The notes under the pieces are model-generated. The model saw only the letters and a list, made by a program, of their open reading frames with translations. It was not told the origin of the DNA and made no database searches. Shown one piece after another: positions 29,491 to 39,996 of a stretch of DNA of 64,000 nucleotides (position 1 is the stretch's first letter; every line of letters starts with the position of its first letter). A program made the translations under genes and the position numbers. The DNA comes from a virus, in IMG/VR virus record IMGVR_UViG_3300029286_001586, positions 10,053-74,052 of that record; one strand, 5' to 3'.

Positions 29491-29832
29491 TTATTTTTGC
29501 TCCGTAGGTAGCGCGTGTTTCCACGGGCAGAAGTCAGTAACTGTTTCCATGTTAAGGAACATCTGCCCTACCGGTTCTACCTCGTTTAGTTTTCCTTCTT
29601 TAATGGCGTTCATAAACCTTCCGCTATCTGCAATCCATGCAGCTTTTTCAAGTTCCAATACTCTACCAATAACATTCTTTACTTTGCCTGTAAAATGATA
29701 GGTTACGGTGCGGAAGTAAAAGCTCTTGCCTATCAAGTCTTCGTAGCTCCCTATCTCGACTTTTTCATCTTCAAGCAACTGATTTTTAATCTTCTCATAG
29801 GTTTCGTCAGATATTTCAAGCGTCTTTACCAT
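29491..29832 (-). CDS. Conserved phage small beta-barrel (SH3/Sm-like) protein
   Basis: SD AGGAG; RTVTYHFTG...AAWIADSGRF...NEVEP. Confidence 0.6.
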   Translation of the reverse strand: MVKTLEISDETYEKIKNQLLEDEKVEIGSYEDLIGKSFYFRTVTYHFTGKVKNVIGRVLELEKAAWIADSGRFMNAIKEGKLNEVEPVGQMFLNMETVTDFCPWKHALPTEQK

Positions 29833-29850
29833 TGTTTTCTCCTTGTTTTT

Positions 29851-30018
<168 letters not shown>

Positions 30019-30226
30019 ATTGCTTGACCTCCTTTTGCAGTTCTGTCATTTGGTTCGCTTCTTTCCTAATTCAAAAATCGCTTGCTCGTATTCGGTGTGC
30101 ATCAAAATAAGATACTCGTCTAATCCTCTTGCAATAATTTCCATATCTGGAACGGTATTGTTTTTATCTGCTTCTGTCTGCTCTATTTCCTGCAATATCC
30201 ACCACAACTCACTCCAACTCAGCTCG

Positions 30227-30487
30227 TTAGGGTTTGTCATTGAGGGAGTCCTCCCCATAAGTGGCTTCAAAGATGTCTGGTTTGCAGGGGTAAAGTTCAC
30301 CCTTAACCCCACGAATAATATAATCATCGAGATTAGCAGTATGATTTCCTTCGAGCGTATAAATAGTCAGGGTCAGGTCTTGATTTAGACAGAATCCGTT
30401 ACCAAGTTCGGAAATCTCTTGAACATTATCTCCTATCCACTGAACAGCGTCGATAACAACAGGCAATTTTCTAAATTTGCTCATCAA
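30227..30487 (-). CDS. Conserved phage protein (PGDYG-like family)
   Basis: FRKLPVVIDAVQW...TLEG...DYIIRGVKGELYPCKPDIFEATY. Confidence 0.7.
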   Translation of the reverse strand: MMSKFRKLPVVIDAVQWIGDNVQEISELGNGFCLNQDLTLTIYTLEGNHTANLDDYIIRGVKGELYPCKPDIFEATYGEDSLNDKP

Positions 30488-30837
30488 ACCCCCTCCTTTA
30501 GTAGCGACGGATTTTCGTGGGCATAAACTACTTGTAAATCTGACCCGACAAGCCCTCTGTAATAATCCATTTTTTCAGGTGTGTATCGCCGTAGCGTTGT
30601 GAAAAGATTGTCGGCAGATATCCCCGTTCCTTCTTTCGGCTTCTTAAACACCAACATTAAATATTTGCCCTTCGGGGGAAGGATAAATTTTCCTCCGTCC
30701 GTATCGTAGTCAAGGAACGCCCTTGAACACTCCGACAATTCAACGGGAATAACATCGAGAAGCGTTGCTGTGTCAATCATGTCGTTATGCTCGTCCAAGA
30801 GCTTTTGATACAGGTGCGAAAACTTTATCTCTCTCAT
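30484..30837 (-). CDS. Hypothetical protein
   Basis: IKFSHLYQKL...LFTTLRRYTPEK..YY. Confidence 0.55.
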   Translation of the reverse strand: MREIKFSHLYQKLLDEHNDMIDTATLLDVIPVELSECSRAFLDYDTDGGKFILPPKGKYLMLVFKKPKEGTGISADNLFTTLRRYTPEKMDYYRGLVGSDLQVVYAHENPSLLKEGV

Positions 30838-31054
30838 CTTCAGTCCTCCTTTACTTCAACGAGCTTAAATTTGCGACATTCGCCTTTTTTGAGACGAATT
30901 TGGTCTGAGGTTATCTCTGTCCAATTTCCGCTCCTATTGAACCATCTACCCTCACCATCCATATAAGGTTTCTGACTAAAGAATATAAATGTTCTATCCT
31001 CAAACTCGTTCGCTTTATCCCTCGCCACCCATACAAACACGTCTTTCTTAGCCA

Positions 31055-31381
31055 TTAGCGGATTCCTTTCAGGAGCGGTTTCAATGCCAGATACAAATCC
31101 TTGACGAACTGCTGAAATTCTTTGTGGTCGAAGCTGAATAGATAGTCTCCGTTTCCTGGCTTGGAATACAAGTGATACCGCATTTCTCTTTCTGCTAAAA
31201 TCGTCTCGCAGACCTCATGAAGTAGCACTTCCCAGATGCCTTCTTTGGTTATAGGGGGCTTTGTCCCCAGAACAATAGTCTGGTCAAGGTTACGGAACCA
31301 TCCTCCCGTGAGTTTATCGTCAAACTTTATTTTGTAGGTCTTGCCAGAAATAATAAGCGTGTCTTTAATTTTCTTATTCAT
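31055..31381 (-). CDS. Putative zincin-like metallopeptidase
   Basis: EVLLHEVCE (HExxE). Confidence 0.5.
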   Translation of the reverse strand: MNKKIKDTLIISGKTYKIKFDDKLTGGWFRNLDQTIVLGTKPPITKEGIWEVLLHEVCETILAEREMRYHLYSKPGNGDYLFSFDHKEFQQFVKDLYLALKPLLKGIR

Positions 31382-32450
31382 TCCCGTCCTCCTTCACTTC
31401 TCCAAGCAATGCGGTGCGGAGGGCTTTATATTCGCCTACCACATTGTAAAAAGTCGCTTCGATTTCCGTAAAAAACCCATAACGCCAAACCATTGCCTTA
31501 TCAAACGCTTCCTCACGGGTGATGTAGTCTGATAACGCTACTTTTGCAAGGGCAAGTTTATCTCGTTCTCTCTCCCTATCAATCACCTTCTCGATGGCTG
31601 TGAGGGCAGATGATTTCCTGTTGGACAACTTAGAATCTTCCGGAAAGTGCATTGATATAATTTCGTCAAGCCTACCCCTCACGCTGTTAGTCATGGGTGC
31701 GGGTTCCTTTCTTTACTAAAAACCTTTCACGGTCAAAACCTCCCTTGCCTAGTTGTTTGGCGGTTTCTATCTGTTCCTTGTAAAAAGAATACTGACCCCT
31801 ACTTCTTCTAAGTGCTATCTCGGCTTCTTGCACTCTAATCATTTCCCTATCAATGGTTGCTTTCATGTTTTCTATGCAACCTTCATGCCACTTTATGTTC
31901 ATTACACTCATTTCCCTATTCTCCTTTGCCGATTAGATTGATGAGGGCGTCTGCTTGTTTCCTCCACCATTCCTTGCAGTCTGGGTGAAGTTCACATACT
32001 TCTTCCCATGAAGCGTGGTCTTCATCACTATCACGCTTAAACAGCCATTTCGCCACTCGCTCCCTCAACCCTCCATCCGCTTTTAAGATATCGGATAGGG
32101 TGAGGGTTTCGCTTTCTTTGAACACCCCTTCGTCGCCAGTAATCCACAGGTCTTGATTTCCGCTATTTAACACACTTTCCTTTGGTAGAAACTCAACCTC
32201 TATATACCGCTTTGTCATTATGATACCTCCTTAATTTGATTCATGATATGTTTCCTCTTTATATAAATAACCACAACTAGGACAGTAAAAATTTGTATCG
32301 TATTCACTGTTTATTTCTGAACCTGTTCTTATATGACTATTACAATAGATACATTTTCTTTCTTCATAATAAGTCTCTTGATTGTCTTTTGGGCTTTGGT
32401 CGCAAGCATCTCTGTACTCATCATATCTCCAATCGAACATCATCTGTTCT

Positions 32451-32831
32451 TCATTTGTCATAAATTATTTCTCCCCATTTGTGTGACGAATCAATTTCCT
32501 TACTTTGGTTTCCAGAATTGGTCATGGCTCTACACCATAGTTCTTTCGGCAAATGAACATCGGTTCTAAAATTAGAACTTATCGTGGGCATTACCAGTTT
32601 ATCATTGGATTTTTTGCCCCATAGTTCTTGTATTTGGGCTTCATTTAGATTTCTATATTGCGACACTTTGTAATCAAAAAATATGCAGTCTTTAGTGAGT
32701 TCTCTATTGATTAATTGAAAGCGATATATCTTAGGGATTTGAAATTTAGTTCCCAGACCTTTTTCGTACTTGATTTCTTTCGTATAATAGAGGTCGAATT
32801 TGGAACTGGTATAAATGCGTGTGTATCTCAT
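32451..32831 (-). CDS. Hypothetical protein, probably leaderless
   Basis: ATG at 32831 lies 7 nt downstream of a TATAAT promoter element. Confidence 0.45.
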   Translation of the reverse strand: MRYTRIYTSSKFDLYYTKEIKYEKGLGTKFQIPKIYRFQLINRELTKDCIFFDYKVSQYRNLNEAQIQELWGKKSNDKLVMPTISSNFRTDVHLPKELWCRAMTNSGNQSKEIDSSHKWGEIIYDK

Positions 32832-32838
32832 ATAACAT

Positions 32839-32868
32839 ATTATACCATTTGTGAGGTTAAAAGTTGAC
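32839..32868 (-). promoter_or_regulatory. Phage-specific promoter GTMAACTTT-N13-GGTATAAT, copy 1
   Basis: gtcaacttttaacctcacaaatggtataat; same architecture at 39037, 44552, 47902 and 54736. Confidence 0.7.
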
Positions 32869-33262
32869 CTATTTTTCTTGTAATTTAAGCGTGAGCGTAT
32901 CGGGGCAAATATATAGAGTGTATTGATTAAATGGCACATAAATACCGTGTCTATTCGTCCATATATACCATAAAAATTTAAGTGTGTTGAACAATGGTTT
33001 CATTTCTGCGTTTTCTTTGCTATTTCTTTTTCTACGGGACTTGTTTTACTGGTCCTGAATTTTGTCTTTATTATTTCGAGTGATTTATGATTACAAATAG
33101 GGCATTTTATATCACCAATTCCCGTGACCTTTTCTATTTTAAAAGACTCAAAATATCTGTGGCATTTCTTGCAATTCACCTGGGCAACGATAGCTTTCTT
33201 CATATAATCCACTTTCTCATATAGTTTTTTCAGTTCTCTATATTTTTTAAGTAATCTAATTT

Positions 33263-33973
33263 TCATACGGAATACTGCGATTCCCAGCACGTTTCTTCAT
33301 ATGGACAGAAATTACAATCCATGCTACCCTTCTTGCACTCCCTTTTAGGAAGTTTGTTGGTCTTATTACATTTTTCTATATACTTTATTTTGCTTTTTAT
33401 TTCATTGAATACTTCTTCAGTTAGTTCAAAATGGAACTCATATTGGTCATGTGTATTTTTATTTTCATAAATCAGACATCCATTTGGAACACCCTTGATA
33501 TAACAATAAATAAGAACCTGTTTCATATGACCTTCGTATGGAATATGGGACTTTCCATAATCACTATCTTTCATGGATTTGATATCGGTAAGATATTTAA
33601 TTCCATTGACTTCTATTATTTTATCGAGTTCGCCTTTGACATCGAGTTCTTTATCTGACAAGAATGTATTCTTTTCAATCAGCTTAAAGCCGTTGAATGT
33701 TCCTGGTTTTTTCTTTTCCCAAGCATCCATTGCGTCAAACCAATCATCATACATGCCTTCAATAGCATGACCAGTTTTAAACTTGCGCTCATCTATTGCA
33801 GTGGGAAATTTATTTGGCAAATACTGTTGCATAGCAAATGCAATCCTGCGAGAACAATATCCGATAGAAGACGGATGAAATCCTTTACTTCGCTTATGTT
33901 CGGGTTTAGTAATTAAGTATTGGTCAATTAAACTCGTTATGATAGGGTCTTTTCTTACTTTTATGGCTGACAT
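33263..33973 (-). CDS. Cas4-like PD-(D/E)XK exonuclease
   Basis: FHPSSIGYCSR, GELD, DIKS, Q...Y and C-terminal C..C..CPY...C motif. Confidence 0.8.
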   Translation of the reverse strand: MSAIKVRKDPIITSLIDQYLITKPEHKRSKGFHPSSIGYCSRRIAFAMQQYLPNKFPTAIDERKFKTGHAIEGMYDDWFDAMDAWEKKKPGTFNGFKLIEKNTFLSDKELDVKGELDKIIEVNGIKYLTDIKSMKDSDYGKSHIPYEGHMKQVLIYCYIKGVPNGCLIYENKNTHDQYEFHFELTEEVFNEIKSKIKYIEKCNKTNKLPKRECKKGSMDCNFCPYEETCWESQYSV

Positions 33974-34513
33974 TCGTTGTTTTTATTCTCCAGTTCTGTT
34001 ATTTTCTTTTTAAGTGTCTTGATTATCATGGTCTTGCCTTTTATGTTTCCTTTTCTCTTTTCTTCCTTTTCAAAAAGAGTAGTAAGTCTTTTTATCTCGT
34101 CGAGTGTTGAAATTGATGTCTGTTGTTTCAGGAATGGATATTTCTTTGACAGCCATATTGTAAACGGGGCTTCAAAAGGCGAAGCCAAAACAACAGCAAC
34201 CCAAACAGCCAACACTTCTAATGGTATAATTATAGCATACTTTATCATTTCTACAACAACTTCGGGTAATGTAATTAGCATTAATGTTCCTCAGTTTCCA
34301 TATCTATTTGTACTTGAAGCATGAGTTTTCTGTTTGATTTCAGTATACATTCGTCCATTTCTTCATTAGATACATTATTTAAATAGTCCAAAGAAAAGAC
34401 TGTAATATATTTTAAATCATTACTATAAGAAATAACATGTTTATAAAGTCCTGATTTTGGGATATCTTCAGTCAATCCATATTTTTCTATTAGTTTCTGT
34501 GCGTGTTTTGTTA

Positions 34514-34852
34514 TCATATAATGTTATTCTTTATGAAACGATAGCATTTATCATCCCAAGCCAAATTTTTGTTGTCTGGTATTTTCTTATACTTAATCAC
34601 AAGCAAAAGCAAAAAGAAATTAAACATGAAAGTTAATACAGCAAGAACAATCAATATCCATTTCTGAATAGCAATCGCATAAAAAAGAGCAGCACTTTCA
34701 CGGACCAAAGACAATACAAAGAACTTCCTGGCAATTACATCGGTTTTTTTCTTTTTGAATATGGTTTTCATTTGGAACAGATATTTACTCATAGAGATAA
34801 TATCAGCAGTAAAGTAAACTATTCCAGCAATATATTCAAGGTCGTATATCAA
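34514..34852 (-). CDS. Three-TM membrane protein (PQ-loop/SemiSWEET-like)
   Basis: Three hydrophobic segments; YLFQMKTIFKKKKTD loop. Confidence 0.45.
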   Translation of the reverse strand: MIYDLEYIAGIVYFTADIISMSKYLFQMKTIFKKKKTDVIARKFFVLSLVRESAALFYAIAIQKWILIVLAVLTFMFNFFLLLLVIKYKKIPDNKNLAWDDKCYRFIKNNII

Positions 34853-35208
34853 TTTATTGCCCTATCTGAATAGTAGTCATATAAAGCATCTGTATATCCT
34901 TGTTTGGCTCCTGCGGTATAACCGTCTCTAAACGAAATTCTTCTGACTTCTTCAATTAAGACAACATTCATATCAGTATATTTATCGTGCCAAATAAGTT
35001 TAGCTACCATCCATATATGTTTGAGTTTTTTAATCATTTTTGAGCATTTTCTTTAGATATTTTATTCTTGTATTAACAAGGTCCAAGTCGCATTTATAGC
35101 TAAGTTTTTCGGCTTCGGTTGTCGGTTTATATTTAATTATTCGTTTTTTCCATTCGGTAGCCCTGACTAAATCTTCCATTATGAATTTTTTGTCAAATTT
35201 TAATACTT

Positions 35209-36057
35209 TCATTTCTTTTTCTTTTCTTTCTTTGGTTCTTCTTTTGTAGTAGTAAGTCCTTCGCTGAAATTAAGTATTATCTCTGCTTTTTTAAATGGGG
35301 GAAATGTTTTATTCTTCTTGGTTTCGAGTTTAGTCTTTTGTCCTGTAACAATATCTTTACCTGATTTGGTATGTTTTTCTTTTCCCAGATAAGTAACTTC
35401 AAGTCGAATCGAAGAATAAAATTTTAAAGCGTTTCCCCCTGGGGTAACTGAAGTTGGACCGAACATAACACCTACTTTTTGTCTCAACTGATTTATAAAT
35501 ATAACTATTGTTCCTGTTTTGGATGTTATAGCAACCAGTTTTCTCAATGCTTGCCCCATCATGCGGGCTTGTCTTCCTATGTGTTGGGATTCCATTTCTC
35601 CTTCTATTTCGGCTTTAGGAGTTAAAGCAGCGACACTATCTACAATAACGACACTAACGTCCCCGCTTCTTATAAATTCCTCAACTATATCCAAAGTTTG
35701 TTCTCCGTAATCGGGCTGAGCAATTAGCATTTCATCTAGATTAATACCAACAACTTTTTTGGCGAAATCTGGATTAAGGCTGTGTTCTGCGTCCGCAAAC
35801 AAAACTTTTTTGTTTTTAAAATATTTCTGAGCAGCTTTGGCAATATAGAGCGATATTGTAGTTTTTCCTCCACCAGCAACTCCATATATTTCTATTATTC
35901 TTCCAAATGGAATTCCGCCACCCAGAATTTCATCGAGTTCAGGAATATCTGTTTTGAGTCTTCCCATTTCAAGAGGTTTATCAGAGAGTTTCATCACACT
36001 ACCAACGCCGTATTTTTTATTTACGTTGCTCCAGGCTTGATTTAATCCTTCACTCAT
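35209..36057 (-). CDS. recA: RecA recombinase
   Basis: GGGIPFGRIIEIYG..GGGKTT, DAEHSL, QPDYGEQ, VDSVAALTPKAEIEG, QARMMGQALRKL, PGGNALKFYSSIRL. Confidence 0.96.
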   Translation of the reverse strand: MSEGLNQAWSNVNKKYGVGSVMKLSDKPLEMGRLKTDIPELDEILGGGIPFGRIIEIYGVAGGGKTTISLYIAKAAQKYFKNKKVLFADAEHSLNPDFAKKVVGINLDEMLIAQPDYGEQTLDIVEEFIRSGDVSVVIVDSVAALTPKAEIEGEMESQHIGRQARMMGQALRKLVAITSKTGTIVIFINQLRQKVGVMFGPTSVTPGGNALKFYSSIRLEVTYLGKEKHTKSGKDIVTGQKTKLETKKNKTFPPFKKAEIILNFSEGLTTTKEEPKKEKKKK

Positions 36058-36741
36058 TTTAACACCTCATGATTATATTTTGATTCTAATTCGTTGTCTT
36101 TCCATTGTTCTATTCTTATAATAGGAGAAAGCATTTTTTCTAGTTGTTTTTCTGCGCTTTCTAAATCTATCTTTAAGCATGTTATGCGTAATTTTAGTTT
36201 CTCTGCTTGTTCTCTTTTCATGCGCTGTACTTCATTAATCAAAGTGTCTAAATTTTTAGAGCATGTTTTGGAATCTATTTGCCCCAAAACTGTGGTATAA
36301 TAACTACCATTATTCATATCATAATCATCCCCGTAGGGTTCACTTTTGAATACCGCCAAATCGTATAGTTTTATTTCTGGAGTGTATTCCAAAATTCTAT
36401 GATGTAATACTCGTTGTTCAATTTTCATTTTTGTTTCCCTTCAACTCCATCATATGTTCTATTGATATCTGAAGGATTCCATAATTCGGACATATAGGAT
36501 TATCACAAACCGACGCAATAGCTAAACTAGCAAGTTTATTTCCTGCATAAATTGTCATTTGTTCTTTACATTGATTACATGTATTGCTCATTATATTACC
36601 TCAACTTTCTCTAAATCTATTTCAAATTTTTTAAGTAGGTCCTGGGCTTCCCTACTATCCTTTTTCATATAAGCATAGTAATAGTTCTTCCCTCTTTGAT
36701 AGCAAGCAATAAGTTCTTCTTTGGTCTTATCATATTCGAGT

Positions 36742-37113
36742 TTATATATCTTCATTTATAATACAACCCCATTTCTTTTCTTCTAATTTATTAAATATAA
36801 TCATTAAATCATCAAATGGAATCGCAGCCCATTTTTCGTTGTTGCTATCGAATGAAATAATCCTGCCTTTATTCGGAACCACGGACCTTGCTTGTGTATT
36901 GATTTTCTTAATCCATTTATGGAGTAAAAGAACTTTATACCCATGCTTGTTTTCAATTATAAAATTATCTAACTCAAAATCTCCGTCATTATTAACCGCA
37001 CCAGAATTAAGTGTTGGTTTAAGTTTGTATTTCTTTGCCAAAGATTTTTCTTCCTTGCGCCCCTTGTTTGGGAGATTAGAATTGAGTTGTTGTGATTTAC
37101 TAATGTATTTCAT
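36742..37113 (-). CDS. Holliday-junction resolvase-like PD-(D/E)XK nuclease
   Basis: GRKEEK...NSGA...DGD....IIENK. Confidence 0.6.
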   Translation of the reverse strand: MKYISKSQQLNSNLPNKGRKEEKSLAKKYKLKPTLNSGAVNNDGDFELDNFIIENKHGYKVLLLHKWIKKINTQARSVVPNKGRIISFDSNNEKWAAIPFDDLMIIFNKLEEKKWGCIINEDI

Positions 37114-37560
37114 TTTACTGCTGTTGTTGTCCAATCTTCTATTGTTGCGTAGTTGAGCTTTTTGAGTATAAGTGCTAACAACCTAGCTTTAACGCTGTAA
37201 TCAGTAGTAGTTGAACCATCATATTCAACGATTTCAACACAGTTTTCACATAGTTTTATTTTCATTTTGTAAATCCACATCCTTTCTTACAACACAATTT
37301 TCCGTTATCTTTTCCGTAATACTTTTTCAATCTAAAAAATCCATGGTCATGCTTACAACAAAATTCACATATCTTGCTATGATTATGGTCGTATTGATAC
37401 CAACCAGTTCCATTACATTTAGGACAAAAATTAACTTCTGAACCATGCACAAAAAATCTCTTTTTATCGCAACGATAACAGAACATCACTATAATATGTT
37501 CTTCTTTGGGATAACTAAAATACCAATCACAAGAAAATAATCTGCATATTATACGATTTA

Positions 37561-37860
37561 TTAGTCCTTTAATCTTTTCCATATATTTCCCTTCTTAACG
37601 ACCTTACCATTATGTACATCTTTCCAGAATTGTGGTGTAGGAAGTTCTTCGCTATAATTAGCATCTTTAAGAACTTGTGTTTGTTTTTTTGTCATGCCTG
37701 GGTTCATAAGATTGTCAATGTATTCGGGAACAGAAAAAATCCTACCAGCTTCACTGCCACATACAGGACAAATAGCTGTACTTAAATTCTCAGAAGTCAT
37801 GGGTCTTTCTTCGTCAAAATATATATCACACATCTTACAACCAAACTCATATGTAACCAT
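37561..37860 (-). CDS. FmdB-family zinc ribbon protein
   Basis: YEFGCKMC...CPVCGS...RIFS. Confidence 0.7.
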   Translation of the reverse strand: MVTYEFGCKMCDIYFDEERPMTSENLSTAICPVCGSEAGRIFSVPEYIDNLMNPGMTKKQTQVLKDANYSEELPTPQFWKDVHNGKVVKKGNIWKRLKD

Positions 37861-38273
37861 TATTCAATGATTTCCTTTGTTTTCTTTTGGTCATTATAAG
37901 TTTGTAAGCGGGTTTCGTGGGTTCTTATATCATCAAGTATGCTAGGCAGAAACTCAGTAAAAATTTTTCTGAATGTTCTGAGGTCAGTTATTACCAAACT
38001 GTCTTCATATGTTTGCCCTGGAAGCCCGAATACAATCAGCCCTGGTTTTTTAGAAAGCTCGGCTTCGTAAAGCAGTTTTGGCAGTATGTCTTCAATAATT
38101 GCATTGAGTGATGGCGGTGATTTCCATTTTTTCATTTCTAAACAGAAAGGGCTGCCAATAGCATCTCCATATCCCCCGCCCTGAGATATGCCCGATAATG
38201 GTCTGCGTCTTATTCCCCACAAAAGCAAGGAAATTTTTCGCTCAAAATTCTTCCAACAGGACGAACTAACCAT
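37860..38273 (-). CDS. PD-(D/E)XK nuclease (resolvase-like)
   Basis: WKNFERKI...PLSG...GD...LEMK. Confidence 0.6.
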   Translation of the reverse strand: MVSSSCWKNFERKISLLLWGIRRRPLSGISQGGGYGDAIGSPFCLEMKKWKSPPSLNAIIEDILPKLLYEAELSKKPGLIVFGLPGQTYEDSLVITDLRTFRKIFTEFLPSILDDIRTHETRLQTYNDQKKTKEIIE

Positions 38274-39036
38274 TGTATTTCCTCATTTTTTCAATTTGGT
38301 AATGACTTACCAAACTTGCAACAAACACCCCTGGTAATAGGCAAAAACTTACGAACAATATCACAAACAAAATATCTGTTATCATTTATTCCTCTGTTCT
38401 TTTGGTTTTATCTTTAGTAAATATCCCCTTCAAATCGGTATAGATATTACTAATAACTTGATTGAGTCTATCTATTTCACTAACAAGTTCATTAGTGCAG
38501 TTCTCGCAGCAAACATAATCAAGAACCTCCCCCTGACATCTCATACACTTTACTTCTTTAATTTCTTTCATAGAAGCGGGTTTCCTTCCTTATCGGCTTT
38601 TTCAATCAATTTAGTTATTTCGGAGAAAGTATCTTCGTCACCAATCCACGGACCGAGAGGATTTCCGTCTTCATCTAATCTACAATCTGGATTAAGTTGA
38701 ATTTCGAATTCTTTATCTTCGGTAGTAACAGCAACAACATTATACCGTCTTTGTTCACACCATTCAATAAACGCTTCAAGGTCGTGAGTAAATGATTTAA
38801 TCTTTCTTCTTAGTCCTTCTTCAAGGTCAGAACAATTAATTCTTATGATACTAAGTTCATATTTTAGGTCGGTCAAATCCAGAGCATGATACCTTCCAAA
38901 CAAACAAGCATGATTAACTTTATAGTCATTCAAATCTGTCAACAACCAATTCGGTATTTCAATTGTTTTAATCGGTGTCTGTGTAGAATCCGTCATTGCG
39001 TTCCAAACTAATTTCATTTTCTTGCCCTCCATATAT

Positions 39037-39066
39037 ATTATACCATTTATCTGCACCAAAGTTTAC
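39037..39066 (-). promoter_or_regulatory. Phage-specific promoter, copy 2
   Basis: gtaaactttggtgcagataaatggtataat. Confidence 0.7.
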
Positions 39067-39515
39067 CTCAATTTTTCATGTTTAAGCATATAGACTGTTG
39101 CTCGTTTAAGTCCTCCTATCTTACTGTTCTTTTTAACAAGCAAATCAATAATAGCGACATTATTGTAACGACTATTTAAGCGGTCTCGGCATGTCCACAC
39201 AATAGTGGGACTTATATCAGGAATAATAATTTGCGTACCAAAATCCATTTGATTATTTGCAAACCAATATCCAGTGGGAACTCCATTGATAGCCACCCTG
39301 CCTCCCGCTCCGAAATCAGGACTGGCATCGGTCTCGGCAGGAACAGCATGATAAGTTGTGACCCTGTACTTACCAATGTTGACTTTGATTATTTTGTCAT
39401 AATTAAATGCAGTAACTTTTACTATCGTTGTTCCTATAATAATTCCTACAATTAATCCCAAAATAAAAGACCCAAACCAAGTACCTAGAAAAAACTGCTT
39501 AATTTCTGTTACCAT
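39063..39515 (-). CDS. Membrane-anchored 3D-domain (peptidoglycan-active) protein
   Basis: N-terminal TM; VTTYH....TDASP, FGT.I.I, CRDR, IIDL. Confidence 0.6.
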   Translation of the reverse strand: MVTEIKQFFLGTWFGSFILGLIVGIIIGTTIVKVTAFNYDKIIKVNIGKYRVTTYHAVPAETDASPDFGAGGRVAINGVPTGYWFANNQMDFGTQIIIPDISPTIVWTCRDRLNSRYNNVAIIDLLVKKNSKIGGLKRATVYMLKHEKLR

Positions 39516-39996
39516 TATTTATGCTCGAAGGTAAAGCAACGGCAACTCCTACAAGAATATATAGTCCATTCACTTCGTTTTATTTTATACCAGTCCTCCA
39601 TTGCGGAATATATACTATCAAATACTTCATACTTATCTGGATATTCGCAACACGGTTTCTGTGGTTGCTTTAATTTTTCGCTGAAATGAAACTTAACTAT
39701 CGGTTCTTCTGTTTTAGATATTGTTTTAACTGCTACTTTCTTTTTCATTGTAATTTGCCCTTTCTAAATTATTTAGCCATGTTAATTCGTTAGGAAATTT
39801 TTTCCTTGTTAGTTGCATTTATTTCCTCTCATCCTATAAATAACACTGGCTTGTTCTTCTAATTCAACAAGATATTTGCTTTGCTGCTTGTTAAATCCAA
39901 TGCTCTCAAGAAAATTTCTCCTTTTAACAACAACTTTTTGATGCCTTCTGTCGCTTTCGATTCTATCAGATTCGTAGCAACTATCATAATGTCCCA

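Noticed and set aside
33263-33973. Cas4 as part of a CRISPR-Cas system
   Set aside because: No other cas genes or array; stand-alone Cas4-like nucleases are common in phage recombination modules.
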